A stretch of 58,083 bases of DNA from a virus (lineage: Duplodnaviria > Caudoviricetes): positions 1 through 58,083 of the IMG/VR virus record IMGVR_UViG_3300024344_000012, one strand, 5' to 3'. Shown here one piece after another: positions 1 through 10,185 of this stretch. The notes under the pieces were generated by a model that ran no database searches, was not told where the DNA came from, and saw only the letters and a list, made by a program, of their open reading frames with translations. Position 1 is the first letter of the stretch, and each line of letters opens with the position of its first letter. A program made the position numbers and the translations under genes.

Positions 1-143
1 GGATAGCAGCAAATTGGGAATATGTACTAGTCGTTATTTACGCTTTAGAAAAAATCGTGAAAATGACCCCGACAAAATATGACGATATCTTATTTGATAT
101 GTTACTTAAACCAATTAAAGAGAAATTCTCACCATCAAAATAA
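1..143 (+). CDS. 5'-truncated small membrane protein (holin-like)
   Basis: Not in ORF track. Frame from nt 3 reads IAANWEYVLVVIYALEKIVKMTPTKYDDILFDMLLKPIKEKFSPSK*: a hydrophobic helix followed by TPTKYDD. Confidence 0.5.
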   Translation, partial: IAANWEYVLVVIYALEKIVKMTPTKYDDILFDMLLKPIKEKFSPSK

Positions 144-150
144 ATTGTAA

Positions 151-176
151 TTTCAAAAATTACTAATATAGTTATA
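151..176 (+). promoter_or_regulatory. Bipartite phage promoter, class B (TTTC-N13-ATAGTTATA)
   Basis: Same spacing as copies at 10142, 15003 and 24302; intergenic, upstream of the tail operon. Confidence 0.45.
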
Positions 177-222
177 ATAAACAGGTTTTAAATCTTAATG
201 ATAACAATCAGAGGAAACGCTT

Positions 223-978
223 ATGGCGCAATATAAATTTCCAACGGAAGTAGTAAATCTTCCGTCTAAAGGAAAGTTGTATCCAAAATCAAATCCACTT
301 TCAAAAGGTGAGGTTGAATTAAAATATATGACAGCAAAAGAAGAAGATATTCTTACTTCTATAAATCTAATACGTAAAGGTATTGTGTTAGATAAAGTTC
401 TTGAATCAATAATAGTAGATAAAAAAATAAAAGTTGATGATTTATTAGTTGGTGATAAGAATGGATTAATTATTGCTGCAAGAATACTTGGATATGGTAA
501 AAACTATGATGTAACAGCCGCATGTTCAGACTGTGGAGAAACAAGTACTTTAGATGTAGACTGTACTTTATTAAAAGACAAAGAACTTTCAGATGATATA
601 AAAGAAAATAAATTTTCTATAACTTTACCAGCAACTAAAGTAACTTTAGAATTTAAACTTATTTCAAGTGGTGAAGAAAAAAAGGTAGAAAAAGATGTAG
701 AAGCTATGAAAAAAATTCAACCAGATATTGATTATACTAATTCTTTTAAATTTAAAAGAATGATTACTTCAATAGATGGTGATACCACACAATCAGTTAT
801 TAATGATTTTGTTGATAATAAATTTTTAGCACAAGATTCATTAGAATTTAGAAGATATATTAATAAAATATCACCAGATGTAGATATGACTTATCCATTT
901 GAATGCACACATTGTTCTCACACCCAGGAGGTGGTGGTCCCGTTGGGGACAGGGTTTTTTTGGCCTAACGCATCATAA
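223..978 (+). CDS. Baseplate hub assembly / tail assembly chaperone, T4 gp26-like
   Basis: LPSKG..YP, MTAKEEDIL, two CxxC pairs (CSDC, CTHC), C-terminal FFWP; lies upstream of the tape measure gene. Confidence 0.75.
   Translation: MAQYKFPTEVVNLPSKGKLYPKSNPLSKGEVELKYMTAKEEDILTSINLIRKGIVLDKVLESIIVDKKIKVDDLLVGDKNGLIIAARILGYGKNYDVTAACSDCGETSTLDVDCTLLKDKELSDDIKENKFSITLPATKVTLEFKLISSGEEKKVEKDVEAMKKIQPDIDYTNSFKFKRMITSIDGDTTQSVINDFVDNKFLAQDSLEFRRYINKISPDVDMTYPFECTHCSHTQEVVVPLGTGFFWPNAS
951..964 (+). other. Putative +1 programmed ribosomal frameshift site AGGG-TTT-TTT-T-GG
   Basis: T7 run at 955-961 joins frame 0 (FFWP) to frame +1 (FFGLT...); SD-like AGGG lies 3 nt 5' of the shift codon. Confidence 0.55.
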
Positions 979-1171
979 TAAACTTCAAGTTCACGAAGAA
1001 ATATTCACACTATTAAATTACGGAAATGGTGGTTACACTTTTCAAGAAGTGTACGCTATGCCCGTACATCTCAGAAAATACTATCTAAAAAGATTAGCTA
1101 AAGAGTATTCAGATATCGCCAAAGAGCGACAGAAGATATATGACCAATCTATTGCTAAACGAAAATCATAA
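959..1171 (+). CDS. gp51-like / gpGT-like chaperone extension, probably made by frameshift from 223..978
   Basis: HEEIFTLLNYGNGGYTFQEVYAMPVHLRKYYL resembles T4 gp51-type domains; the only upstream start is a TTG at 899 inside the previous gene, without an RBS. Confidence 0.6.
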   Translation, partial: FGLTHHNKLQVHEEIFTLLNYGNGGYTFQEVYAMPVHLRKYYLKRLAKEYSDIAKERQKIYDQSIAKRKS

Positions 1172-1228
1172 TTTTTGATATTTATTTATAACTAATCCCA
1201 ACAACAAAATTTCAAAATGGAGTATAAA

Positions 1229-1465
1229 ATGTCTAATAGATTAGATGAGGGTATTATAGGAAAAATAGTTCAAAAAGTATTAATGATGTTAATTAGTGGG
1301 AAATCCCGCAAAGCTGTTCAAGCTTTCAAAAAAGACCCACAGATGCAACGTAAATTAATGAACCTAAAAAAATCTACAGAAGATTTTTATACATCATTAG
1401 AAAAAATGAAAAAAGCAGACCCAAAATTTGCAAAGGATTTTGATACACTACGTAATTTGAGGTAA
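1229..1465 (+). CDS. Small hypothetical protein, possible virion protein (N-terminal LDE/G)
   Basis: ATG 1229 follows a GGAG SD; ATATTTAT box at ~1178. Confidence 0.55.
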   Translation: MSNRLDEGIIGKIVQKVLMMLISGKSRKAVQAFKKDPQMQRKLMNLKKSTEDFYTSLEKMKKADPKFAKDFDTLRNLR

Positions 1466-1471
1466 TAAAAC

Positions 1472-3037
1472 ATGCCTGCCATTCCAAATAAACAGGAACA
1501 AAAAGAAGTTAATGATCTTCTCAACCAAGCCGTAGAACTTATGAAAAAAATAAATGGTGCTGTAGATAGTAATGCAGATACATTTACAAAGTTTAAGGGT
1601 AGGGTTGCTGATGCATCAGCAACTGCAACTGCATACTTAAAAAAAGTAACTGATGCTGGTGAATATACTGGTAAGGGACTTGGTAAAGGTGTAGTTGATT
1701 TTGATAAAACTGCAAAGTTCATAAATGAAAATTTTGATGACATAGTTAGTGGTGTCATGGAAATTCCAAAAGGATTACAACTTGGTGCAGCTAGGGCAGG
1801 TAATTTAGCTGGATATGTAGGTCCTGAGGGTGTATTTGATGAGGGTTTAAAAAATGCAGTTGACTCTGTTTATCGTTTACAAGAAGTAATATCAGACCCT
1901 AAAACACACGCAGCTTTTGAAGGAATAGATAATGCAGCTGGTAGTATACAAGGTTCATTAGATAGTATTCCCGGTGGAAAGTCATTACAAAAAGCATTTG
2001 GTATAGATGTTGCTGGTGGAGCTAAAAAACTAAAAAGTAATATGTTAGATGTTGCTACAGGTAAAGGTTCTATTAAAGATTTAATTAAAGGTACTGGACT
2101 TTTAAAAATTGGTATGTTAGCAGCTGCAGCTGCAGTAGTATCGTTTGGATTAGAAGCAAATAAAGTCCAAAAAGATTTAGGTGTTTCTTATTCAGAATCC
2201 GCAAAAATATTAGCTACTTCTAAATCAATAGCATTAGTAAACAAAGCTAATGGAATGACTCAAGAAGATACGTTGAGTATTATGAAAGGTATAGCTTCAG
2301 AGTTTGGTAGTTTTAGTAAAGCAACAGCTGCAACCACATTACAAGCTAGTAACTTAGTAGCAAACTTTGGATTGAGTGCAGATAGTGTTGGATCATTAGC
2401 AAGAAATATACAAACAGTTGGTGGTGGTACATTAGAAGCCTCTTTAAATTCAGCTGAATTATTTGGTAATATGGCGAGAACAGCAGATGTTCCTGTCGGT
2501 GAGGTGATGAACGATATAGCAAAGAGTACAGAAATTTTTGCTAAATTTGGTCAAGATGGTGGAGCAAATATAGCAGCAGCTGCAATATCGGCTAAAAAAT
2601 TAGGTTTAGAATTGTCTAATGTAGCTTCCATAGCAAATAGTCTTTTAAACTTTGAAGATTCTATACAGAAACAAATGGAAGCTGAGGTTTTATTAGGTAA
2701 AGAATTAAATCTTGAAAAAGCAAGGGAAATGGTATTTAATAATGACATAGCAGGAGCTATGGAAGAGATAAGTCAATTGGTTTCACCAGAAGAATTTAAC
2801 GCTATGGATGCAGTTAGAAGAGAAGCGTTAGCTGCAGCAACTGGTTTAGATGCAGCAGCTCTTTCAAGAGCTATCACCGCTGGTGGAGCAGGTGGTGGTG
2901 GAATAACAACTGCTATGAGAACAGGTGGAGCACCATCAGGTGGTGGTGGAACTGATAAAATGGATATGTTGATAACAACAGTTCAAGAGGGTAATGCAAA
3001 TATGGTTAGAGCAGTACAAGGATCAGGAGTAGGTTAA
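1472..3037 (+). CDS. Tail tape measure protein
   Basis: Ala/Gly-rich helical sequence; AKKLGLELS...LLNFEDSI..QMEAEVLLGKELNLEKARE; follows the chaperone pair. Confidence 0.75.
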   Translation: MPAIPNKQEQKEVNDLLNQAVELMKKINGAVDSNADTFTKFKGRVADASATATAYLKKVTDAGEYTGKGLGKGVVDFDKTAKFINENFDDIVSGVMEIPKGLQLGAARAGNLAGYVGPEGVFDEGLKNAVDSVYRLQEVISDPKTHAAFEGIDNAAGSIQGSLDSIPGGKSLQKAFGIDVAGGAKKLKSNMLDVATGKGSIKDLIKGTGLLKIGMLAAAAAVVSFGLEANKVQKDLGVSYSESAKILATSKSIALVNKANGMTQEDTLSIMKGIASEFGSFSKATAATTLQASNLVANFGLSADSVGSLARNIQTVGGGTLEASLNSAELFGNMARTADVPVGEVMNDIAKSTEIFAKFGQDGGANIAAAAISAKKLGLELSNVASIANSLLNFEDSIQKQMEAEVLLGKELNLEKAREMVFNNDIAGAMEEISQLVSPEEFNAMDAVRREALAAATGLDAAALSRAITAGGAGGGGITTAMRTGGAPSGGGGTDKMDMLITTVQEGNANMVRAVQGSGVG

Positions 3038-6000
3038 TGGCACTTAAAGAAATGAAATCAAATTTAGCTATTGGTGTTGGTTCAAAACAAACACCACAAT
3101 CTTTTCAAGATGGTCACTCATCTACTATTGTTACAGGAGCAAAAACATTTGAAACACCACCAAGATTTCAAGTTGAGAAGAGTAAGTTTACTTCTATAAG
3201 TCGTCAAAGTGAAATATTGACTCACGAATTCAATGATAATTTTACACCAATAACTATAGCAGAAATGCAAACACCTGATTTACAGAAGTATTATGATAGA
3301 GCATTTAATAACGCTGATAGATTAGGTGCAAGAAATAATGATAGATTTGGTTTTGATGAACCATTTATTATTAAAGGAATAGGTGATAGATGGGGACCAG
3401 GTAATTTAGGATCGTTTGATGGTGGTATAGTAAGAGCAGGTGCAGTTACATCAGCAGCAAGAACTGCAGCTGACGTTCAAAGAATTGGTAAATTTTTACT
3501 AACACCAAGAGGTGTTGGTTTTATAGCAAAACAACATATATTACAAGGTTTAAATGCAGGTGGTCCTGTTATGAGATCAGATATGCCTCCTGTAGATGGA
3601 AGTTTACAAAAAATAATTAGTGATAGATTAGGACAAAATAACAAGTTTTTACTTGAACCAAAACAACAAAGATTTTCTACAGGAAGAGATATATTTGGTA
3701 GTACACCACCAACAGTAAATGAAATGAAAGGTAGTGATATCAGATCTTGGAGAGAAAGTTCAATTATAGATTCGTTACCTCTTACTGCACATTACGTTAG
3801 ACATAAAATTCCTGCAGGTTCACCAAGTATTCAATTAGTTAAAAATGTTGGTAATTTTGTTATTGATATGGGTGGTGGTACATTATCATTTATGGATGGT
3901 ATTGATGTGGCATTTCCTCACGTTAGTTTGAATCCAAGTTTTCAAGCAGGTGATATATTAACAGGAGCAGGTAGAGCAATTAAAAATGCTGCAAATGGTA
4001 TAGTTGATGTTTTCCCTAATGTTCTTAATGCAGCAGCATCAGCAGGACAAGCAATTGGTGATACAGTTGGTAATTTGATAAGAGGTATAGAAATACCAAG
4101 AATTCAGTTGGGTAATTTAAATGCATTTACATCCTTATTTCCAGATTTAATATCACTTCCTAAAGTACAAACTCCTGATTTTAGTGGTTTGAAAAATATT
4201 TTAGGTGGGTTAGCTAATACTGCGGCATCTCTTATATCTTCTATACCAGTACCAGGAGTAAAATTACCAAATATTAGTTTACCGAAGTTACCAAATATGA
4301 AACTTCCAAAATTACCTAATATAAGTTTACCAGATATTAATATTGGAAATCCATTTGATGGTATACTTAATGCGGTAAAAGGAATAGAATTAAATTTCCC
4401 TAAGTTTAGTGGTAAAGGTGGATTAGGTTTAGGTTCTTTTTCTTTGCCAGATTTGTCAAATGCATTTCCAGCAATTAGATTAGGAGCTGAGATATCTAAA
4501 GGTTCACTTCATTTTGATATGGTTGCTTTTGATGTGGGTAGAGCAAAGTTTCAATCAGCATTAGAAAATTTAATACAACAACCAGCTGCTCTTAATGCAG
4601 TTGGAACTAAATCTTTTGGTAAAGATGAAGTAAATCGTCCTGATTGGATTAACAATGGAATGAGATATGGAGTATATGCAAACATAGCAGGTTCAATTCT
4701 TGGTGATAGAGGAACAAGAGCAAGTGGTACAGAAGATACACCATCACTTTATTATACAACAGCCAATCCAAGTGTAGCTCAAGATAACAAAGGTGGTTTG
4801 ACTAATTTATACAGTAAAGAAAATAGTTATGTAGAGTTAGTCGCTCCTCAAGATGGTGCAGATGTTAATGAAGCTAGACCAAAATTTGGTATAGGTTTTG
4901 ATTCAAAGAAAAAAATGCCTTATGCAGTTCAAGCAGGATTTTTAAGTGGTGAAAGATATGGTGTAGAGGATAAAAACTTCCCATTAAATACGGAGAAAAG
5001 AGCTCCTTTAAATTCAAATATATATCCAAAAGACATACCAAATGTAGTAGAAAAAGCTGGTGATAAAGCAGGAAAAAGATTACAAAAATATCAAATGTTA
5101 AGTTATGGTCAACTTTCTGAAGAAAGTAGATATGAAAATACAATTAGTAAAGCTGCTATAGAAAGAGGTCTTGGAGATTCAGGAGCTCCTGGTAGAACTG
5201 CAGTTGACGAAGCTGGTAATGTAATTCAAGTTGATGCAGGTGGTGGATTAAAAAATACTTTAAATGACCATGTAAATCTACATCCATATGGTGGAACTAC
5301 AGCAGATGAAATTGCAAATGATGAAAATAAAGATTTTATTCCATTTAAATTTAGAGATATGGTGAATGGTAAGTGGATTATATTCAGAGCAATTATTGAA
5401 AGTGTTTCAGACACATCTTCACCTGAATATGCAGAAGAAAGATATATTGGTAGACCAGATAAAGTTTATGTTTATCAAGGTGCTACAAGAAATGTTAATG
5501 TTACATTTAAAGTGATGCCAAAATCAGCTCAAGAATTAATTACACTTTGGGATAAATTAAATTATTTAAGAGGATTAGTATATCCTACAGTACAAAAAAA
5601 TCGTATGATATCACCATTTTTCAGTTTTACATTAGGTGATATGTTTGATAAACAACCAATGATTTTTCAGAGTTTAAATTTCGCAGTAGATAATGCATCA
5701 TTATGGGAAATTAAACCAGGTTTAAGACTACCAAAATTAATTAATGTTTCAGCAGACATGAGAGTTATTGATAAGAGAACTCCACAAACTACAGGTAAAC
5801 ATTATGATTTACCCTGGCTTGATGGTGATCAAGAATTTGGAACATTTGATAGAGATCCTGCATTAGCAGCTTCAATAAGACCTAATAGAAAAGCACATCA
5901 ACAATTATTTGATTCGTTAGGTATTAAAGGAGTTGGTAAAAAAGAGTTTGATAAATTAGTAAAAGGTGATAAAGCAATTATGGCTCAAAAAGCATTGATA

Positions 6001-6072
6001 GAACAATTAAAATCTGAAGGTGTATCTGCAGCAGACATACCAAAAGCAGTAAATATTCCATTTCCAGGGTAG
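3037..6072 (+). CDS. Baseplate/tail-tube initiator protein (C-terminal gp48/gp54-like domain) with a long low-complexity middle
   Basis: C-terminal DFIPFKFRD...FRA..ESVSD...YIGRPDKVYVYQGATR...LWDKLNYLRGLVYP; position between tape measure and LysM gene; TAATG coupling. Confidence 0.6.
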   Translation: MALKEMKSNLAIGVGSKQTPQSFQDGHSSTIVTGAKTFETPPRFQVEKSKFTSISRQSEILTHEFNDNFTPITIAEMQTPDLQKYYDRAFNNADRLGARNNDRFGFDEPFIIKGIGDRWGPGNLGSFDGGIVRAGAVTSAARTAADVQRIGKFLLTPRGVGFIAKQHILQGLNAGGPVMRSDMPPVDGSLQKIISDRLGQNNKFLLEPKQQRFSTGRDIFGSTPPTVNEMKGSDIRSWRESSIIDSLPLTAHYVRHKIPAGSPSIQLVKNVGNFVIDMGGGTLSFMDGIDVAFPHVSLNPSFQAGDILTGAGRAIKNAANGIVDVFPNVLNAAASAGQAIGDTVGNLIRGIEIPRIQLGNLNAFTSLFPDLISLPKVQTPDFSGLKNILGGLANTAASLISSIPVPGVKLPNISLPKLPNMKLPKLPNISLPDINIGNPFDGILNAVKGIELNFPKFSGKGGLGLGSFSLPDLSNAFPAIRLGAEISKGSLHFDMVAFDVGRAKFQSALENLIQQPAALNAVGTKSFGKDEVNRPDWINNGMRYGVYANIAGSILGDRGTRASGTEDTPSLYYTTANPSVAQDNKGGLTNLYSKENSYVELVAPQDGADVNEARPKFGIGFDSKKKMPYAVQAGFLSGERYGVEDKNFPLNTEKRAPLNSNIYPKDIPNVVEKAGDKAGKRLQKYQMLSYGQLSEESRYENTISKAAIERGLGDSGAPGRTAVDEAGNVIQVDAGGGLKNTLNDHVNLHPYGGTTADEIANDENKDFIPFKFRDMVNGKWIIFRAIIESVSDTSSPEYAEERYIGRPDKVYVYQGATRNVNVTFKVMPKSAQELITLWDKLNYLRGLVYPTVQKNRMISPFFSFTLGDMFDKQPMIFQSLNFAVDNASLWEIKPGLRLPKLINVSADMRVIDKRTPQTTGKHYDLPWLDGDQEFGTFDRDPALAASIRPNRKAHQQLFDSLGIKGVGKKEFDKLVKGDKAIMAQKALIEQLKSEGVSAADIPKAVNIPFPG
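4261..4332 (+). repeat. 3 x 24-nt degenerate coding tandem repeat (KLPNISLP KLPNMKLP KLPNISLP)
   Basis: aaattaccaaatattagtttaccg / aagttaccaaatatgaaacttcca / aaattacctaatataagtttacca. Confidence 0.8.
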
Positions 6073-6083
6073 GAGTTTAAATT

Positions 6084-6380
6084 ATGGGAAGATATGATGA
6101 TATATTATTAAAATTTAATAAAAAAGGACAGAGAGTTCTTGTTCCTACTATATATCCTACAATACCAATATCAGATAATGATCAATTTGTTTATCCACAA
6201 GATGGTGATAGATTAGATAATTTAGCTTATAAATACTATAATGATGCGTCTTTGTGGTGGGTTATCGCACAAGCAAATGAATTAGGTAAAGGTAGAACCA
6301 TATTAAATCCAAACTTTCAAATAAGAATTCCAGGCAATATTACAACTATAATCGCTAATTTTAACGCACTAAATGAGTAA
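6084..6380 (+). CDS. LysM-domain baseplate wedge protein (gp53/tail X-like)
   Basis: GDRLDNLAYKYYNDASLWWVIAQAN...QIRIP. Confidence 0.8.
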   Translation: MGRYDDILLKFNKKGQRVLVPTIYPTIPISDNDQFVYPQDGDRLDNLAYKYYNDASLWWVIAQANELGKGRTILNPNFQIRIPGNITTIIANFNALNE

Positions 6381-6383
6381 AAA

Positions 6384-9300
6384 ATGATTCAGTTAAAACC
6401 AATTGATTCAGAAGTTCAAAAAACCCTTATTGAAAAGATAAAACAATCTGGAAAAAAAGAACGTCCAGTTGGAGAACCTTTATCAGGTGATAAGGGTAAC
6501 TATATGCAAGCTAGAACTACTTGGGCTAGAATGATTTCATTATCAGTTCCTAAAGATGCACCAGACCAACCCGTAGTGATATCTGCAGGGGAAGAAATGG
6601 TTGATGAATCAAGATTGAGTGCCGGAAAATTAAGTTTTACAGATCAAGTAGAAACAACTAAACAAGTTGGTAATGTATTAAAAACAGTAAATCAAAAAGT
6701 AAGTGGTAAAACCTCAAAAATTAATGGAGCGATTCGTGGTGATTTTTATGATGTATATCAAAAAGATAATTACAATAGACCAATTGCTGGGTTAAAAGGA
6801 ATAAGTACGCGAATACAAGGACAATCAAAAGCTATAAGAAGTGCAGAAATAAAATGGATATGTTGGGATTTTGATACATTAGAGAGATTAACACCATATT
6901 TTCTTTCTCCAGGAGTTTCAGTAGCATTAGAGTTTGGTTGGATGTGGCCTGGTCACACACCAGAAGAATTTATCTATGACAATTGGATGAAAATGGATGC
7001 AAAAAAAATAGGTGATTTGAGTAATGTAGTTAGAAAAAAAGGAAAAGGTAATCAAGAATTAGTATATGGTATAGTTAAAAATTTTACTTGGACTGGTAGA
7101 GATGATGGTGGGTTCGATTGTGTTACAGAAATAGTATCACCATCTTCTAATGTTTTTAAAACACAAATGGGTGATTCTGAAGAAACACCATCATTTGAAA
7201 TCCCAGCTGATATAAGAAATCAAATCAGACAAGAGAGATCTGTTTTAAAAAGTAGAGAGGGTGAAGTTAAAAAAATAAGAGATGATGATCAAATACAAAG
7301 AGCCTTAAAAGAAGAATTTCCTAAAGCAGATAAAGAGGGTATACAAAATATGCCACCAAAAATATTATTTGAAAATTTTAGAGAAATTTTATTAAATATG
7401 AAATATATCTATGAAGATGGTGGAGTTTTAGGTGCAGGTGGAGACGCTGATTGGAAGAATACAATTGAAGGTGAAAATGAAGAGTTTAAGGATACTATAC
7501 TTGTAGAAAAACTTGGACTTTTTACTAGCAATAGTAATATTGATGAAAGATATCTTGGTCCTTATATAACATATGGTTGGTTTGAAGATAATATATTAAG
7601 TCGTTTTATATCAAAAATTCACGATAATAATAAAATAGGTTATCAAATACGTTCTGTAGATAAATTATTTACTGGAGTTGATGGAGCAAATGTTTATGAA
7701 AGTGTTAAAATAAATAATGATGTTGATAATTTATTAACATTAAATGCGAATGAAGTTATCATACCTGGTCAATGGCCAATGGATTTAGATTTTGCAACAA
7801 AAGAAATATCAGGAATGTCCGCACCACCACCCGCAGGTGAACATTTTCAAGGATATTCAACTACAAGAGCGGCTTATGTAAGTTTAATGAATAAAGTTAG
7901 AGAATTAGCACCATTTAATGTAGAACCAATAGATGAAGATTCATTGAGAGCACAAGGTGCGGTAGGTAAATATAAAGAGTTTATGACGGGAACTTCGGAT
8001 AGGATGGGTATGAGTATAGGTGGTGGTTTATTAACAGGTGGAGTTAAAGATACAGTAGGTTCTAATATCCAATTTCGTAAATTACAACAGAGAGATGCTA
8101 ATAAAAAATTAAAAATATCTCAAGCAAAAGATGGAGAAGCACCACCACAAGGAAAAGGTTATTTAAGAAATTTACTTATAAATTCAAAAATTATAGAAGA
8201 AGAAATGAGTAATGCTAATACACTTGAAGATGGTTTAATGAATTTAATGAAAAGAATAAGTGCAGCTTGTGGTAATATTTGGGATTTTAAATTAAGTTCA
8301 GATCCTGATAATGAATTTCAAGTTAAAGTTATTGAAGATAGTACTACTGAACAACCTGTAAGAAATTTATTAAATAATAAGAGTATTGATTTAGCTACGG
8401 GTGATATAACAGAGGGTTATGTTGATGGTAATGGTAATATTGCAAATCCAGGATTAATGGTATTTCCAACTTGGCAAGTTAATTCAATAGTGCATAGACA
8501 GGATATGGTTACTAAATTACCATCTCAGATGGCTACAGCAGCAATTTATGGAAGAAATATAAATAGTACAGAGGCTGCATCAGAAGATTTATCTTTAGAA
8601 CCAGCAGGTAAAGCTATAGGTAAATTATTTAATGCAGGAATGGAAGAACCAAAAAATCCTAAAGATGCAATATTGAAGAGTATGGAAAGAGTATTGGGAA
8701 ATTCAAAATATAAAACTTGGGGTTATAATTTGAATACTACTTTAGTACCAGAGTTAAATGTACAAGCTTCTTATTTTGATGGAAGTGTAACGGGAATTGA
8801 TTTAGATTTTGATAGGATAGTACAAATTTATACTGAAAAGCAAATTATGGAAATTTTAGAAGATGGTGTTCCATCACTAGATGAAGAGGGTGAACCTGAA
8901 ACTTTTACTAATAAACTTAAAAAAGCTTTTAAAACTATTTCTTGGGCTAATCCTGGTCTTTTACTATTGCGAGCTCAGTATGCTATATCACAAAAAGCAC
9001 ACGCTGCTGTTGCAAGTTGGTGGGAAAAAGGGTTAGATTTTAGATTCTTATATACAAACAATGGAAAAATGAAAAAACATTTTAAAACTGCATTGGTATA
9101 TTTTTTAAAACAAGCACCAACTTCTTTAGAAAGAACAAAAGACGTTATGACACCAATAGAATTATCTGTAACTATTGATGGAACGGGTGGTATATTTGCA
9201 GGTGAAGCATTTTCAAGTTCGTATATTCCTAAGAGATATAGAGAAGCTTGTGTGTTTCAGATAATGGATGTAGCTCACGAATTAGATTCAGCAGGATGGA

Positions 9301-9596
9301 AAACAACATTAAGAGGTTTAATGAGAATTGATTATGGATTCGGTGCAAAGAAACCAATAGTTAATGTTTTAAAAGATATGTTAAAAAAACAAGCTGATAT
9401 AGTCAATGATGATGATCCAAATACTGATCCAAACGATCCACCATATCTTACTTTTAGCGATTATTTAACTAAGACTAGAGGAAGGAAATCACCTTATAAA
9501 CAAGGACCACCTGAAAAAGAAGATACTCGAACTGATAAACAGAAGAAAGATGATATGTATCGTAAAAATGAACAAGAGAATAGGAAATCAGACTAA
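6384..9596 (+). CDS. Large baseplate hub protein (gp27/late-control-D-like)
   Basis: PG.SV.LEFGW, G.VKNF.W..R.DGGFDC, C-terminal LSVTIDGTGGIF...FQI..V.H.LDS.GWKT.L; follows the LysM gene. Confidence 0.55.
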   Translation: MIQLKPIDSEVQKTLIEKIKQSGKKERPVGEPLSGDKGNYMQARTTWARMISLSVPKDAPDQPVVISAGEEMVDESRLSAGKLSFTDQVETTKQVGNVLKTVNQKVSGKTSKINGAIRGDFYDVYQKDNYNRPIAGLKGISTRIQGQSKAIRSAEIKWICWDFDTLERLTPYFLSPGVSVALEFGWMWPGHTPEEFIYDNWMKMDAKKIGDLSNVVRKKGKGNQELVYGIVKNFTWTGRDDGGFDCVTEIVSPSSNVFKTQMGDSEETPSFEIPADIRNQIRQERSVLKSREGEVKKIRDDDQIQRALKEEFPKADKEGIQNMPPKILFENFREILLNMKYIYEDGGVLGAGGDADWKNTIEGENEEFKDTILVEKLGLFTSNSNIDERYLGPYITYGWFEDNILSRFISKIHDNNKIGYQIRSVDKLFTGVDGANVYESVKINNDVDNLLTLNANEVIIPGQWPMDLDFATKEISGMSAPPPAGEHFQGYSTTRAAYVSLMNKVRELAPFNVEPIDEDSLRAQGAVGKYKEFMTGTSDRMGMSIGGGLLTGGVKDTVGSNIQFRKLQQRDANKKLKISQAKDGEAPPQGKGYLRNLLINSKIIEEEMSNANTLEDGLMNLMKRISAACGNIWDFKLSSDPDNEFQVKVIEDSTTEQPVRNLLNNKSIDLATGDITEGYVDGNGNIANPGLMVFPTWQVNSIVHRQDMVTKLPSQMATAAIYGRNINSTEAASEDLSLEPAGKAIGKLFNAGMEEPKNPKDAILKSMERVLGNSKYKTWGYNLNTTLVPELNVQASYFDGSVTGIDLDFDRIVQIYTEKQIMEILEDGVPSLDEEGEPETFTNKLKKAFKTISWANPGLLLLRAQYAISQKAHAAVASWWEKGLDFRFLYTNNGKMKKHFKTALVYFLKQAPTSLERTKDVMTPIELSVTIDGTGGIFAGEAFSSSYIPKRYREACVFQIMDVAHELDSAGWKTTLRGLMRIDYGFGAKKPIVNVLKDMLKKQADIVNDDDPNTDPNDPPYLTFSDYLTKTRGRKSPYKQGPPEKEDTRTDKQKKDDMYRKNEQENRKSD

Positions 9597-10159
9597 TGGT
9601 TATTTTAGAAAATGATTTAATAATAGAACAATTAGAACCATCAAGTGGATTTACAGAGTATGAAGAGTTTGTTTATGCTTATAATAAATCTATATATGTA
9701 CCAACTGGAATAGAATACCATAAAATTATAACAAAAACTAAAAGACTTGTTTATCAAACAGGAAATAGACCACAACAACATTCACAAGAATTGATAAGAG
9801 TAAAAAACATATCTGCTTTTGAGGGTTATTTGGAAGCTAAAAGTCATAATGCAAAAAGATCAAAATATTTTAAAAATACAATGGTAAAACCAAAGAAAGA
9901 AGATTATAAAAAAGGATTTTTTATAAGACATTTTATGCAGTTAGCTTCTGATGATAAAGCACCAGTTATAGAAGTACGTAAGAGTAGTTATGAACAAGCA
10001 GATGGATTATATGCTAAAGTAAAAATTAAATGGTCTTTAAATAAAGATGAGATAAAGCAAGAAGAATTGAATATACACAATATCATGGAGGCAGAAAAAA
10101 CATTTCCACAAATTAGAATGAAGATATATAATTTTGTTGAATTTGGGAAAGAAAGTTGA
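9596..10159 (+). CDS. Hypothetical protein (end of baseplate module)
   Basis: 187 aa ORF coupled by TAATG; P..EDYKKGFFIRHF motif. Confidence 0.55.
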   Translation: MVILENDLIIEQLEPSSGFTEYEEFVYAYNKSIYVPTGIEYHKIITKTKRLVYQTGNRPQQHSQELIRVKNISAFEGYLEAKSHNAKRSKYFKNTMVKPKKEDYKKGFFIRHFMQLASDDKAPVIEVRKSSYEQADGLYAKVKIKWSLNKDEIKQEELNIHNIMEAEKTFPQIRMKIYNFVEFGKES

Positions 10160-10167
10160 TATTTATA
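10142..10167 (+). promoter_or_regulatory. Bipartite phage promoter, class B (TTTG-N13-ATATTTATA)
   Basis: tttg ggaaagaaagttg atatttata, 18 nt before the polA-like gene. Confidence 0.55.
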
Positions 10168-10185
10168 ACCAAATTAAGGTTATAA

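Noticed and set aside
899-958. TTG start at 899 for the 90-aa ORF
   Set aside because: Inside the upstream CDS with no SD; N-terminal residues look like off-frame sequence; a frameshift explains it better
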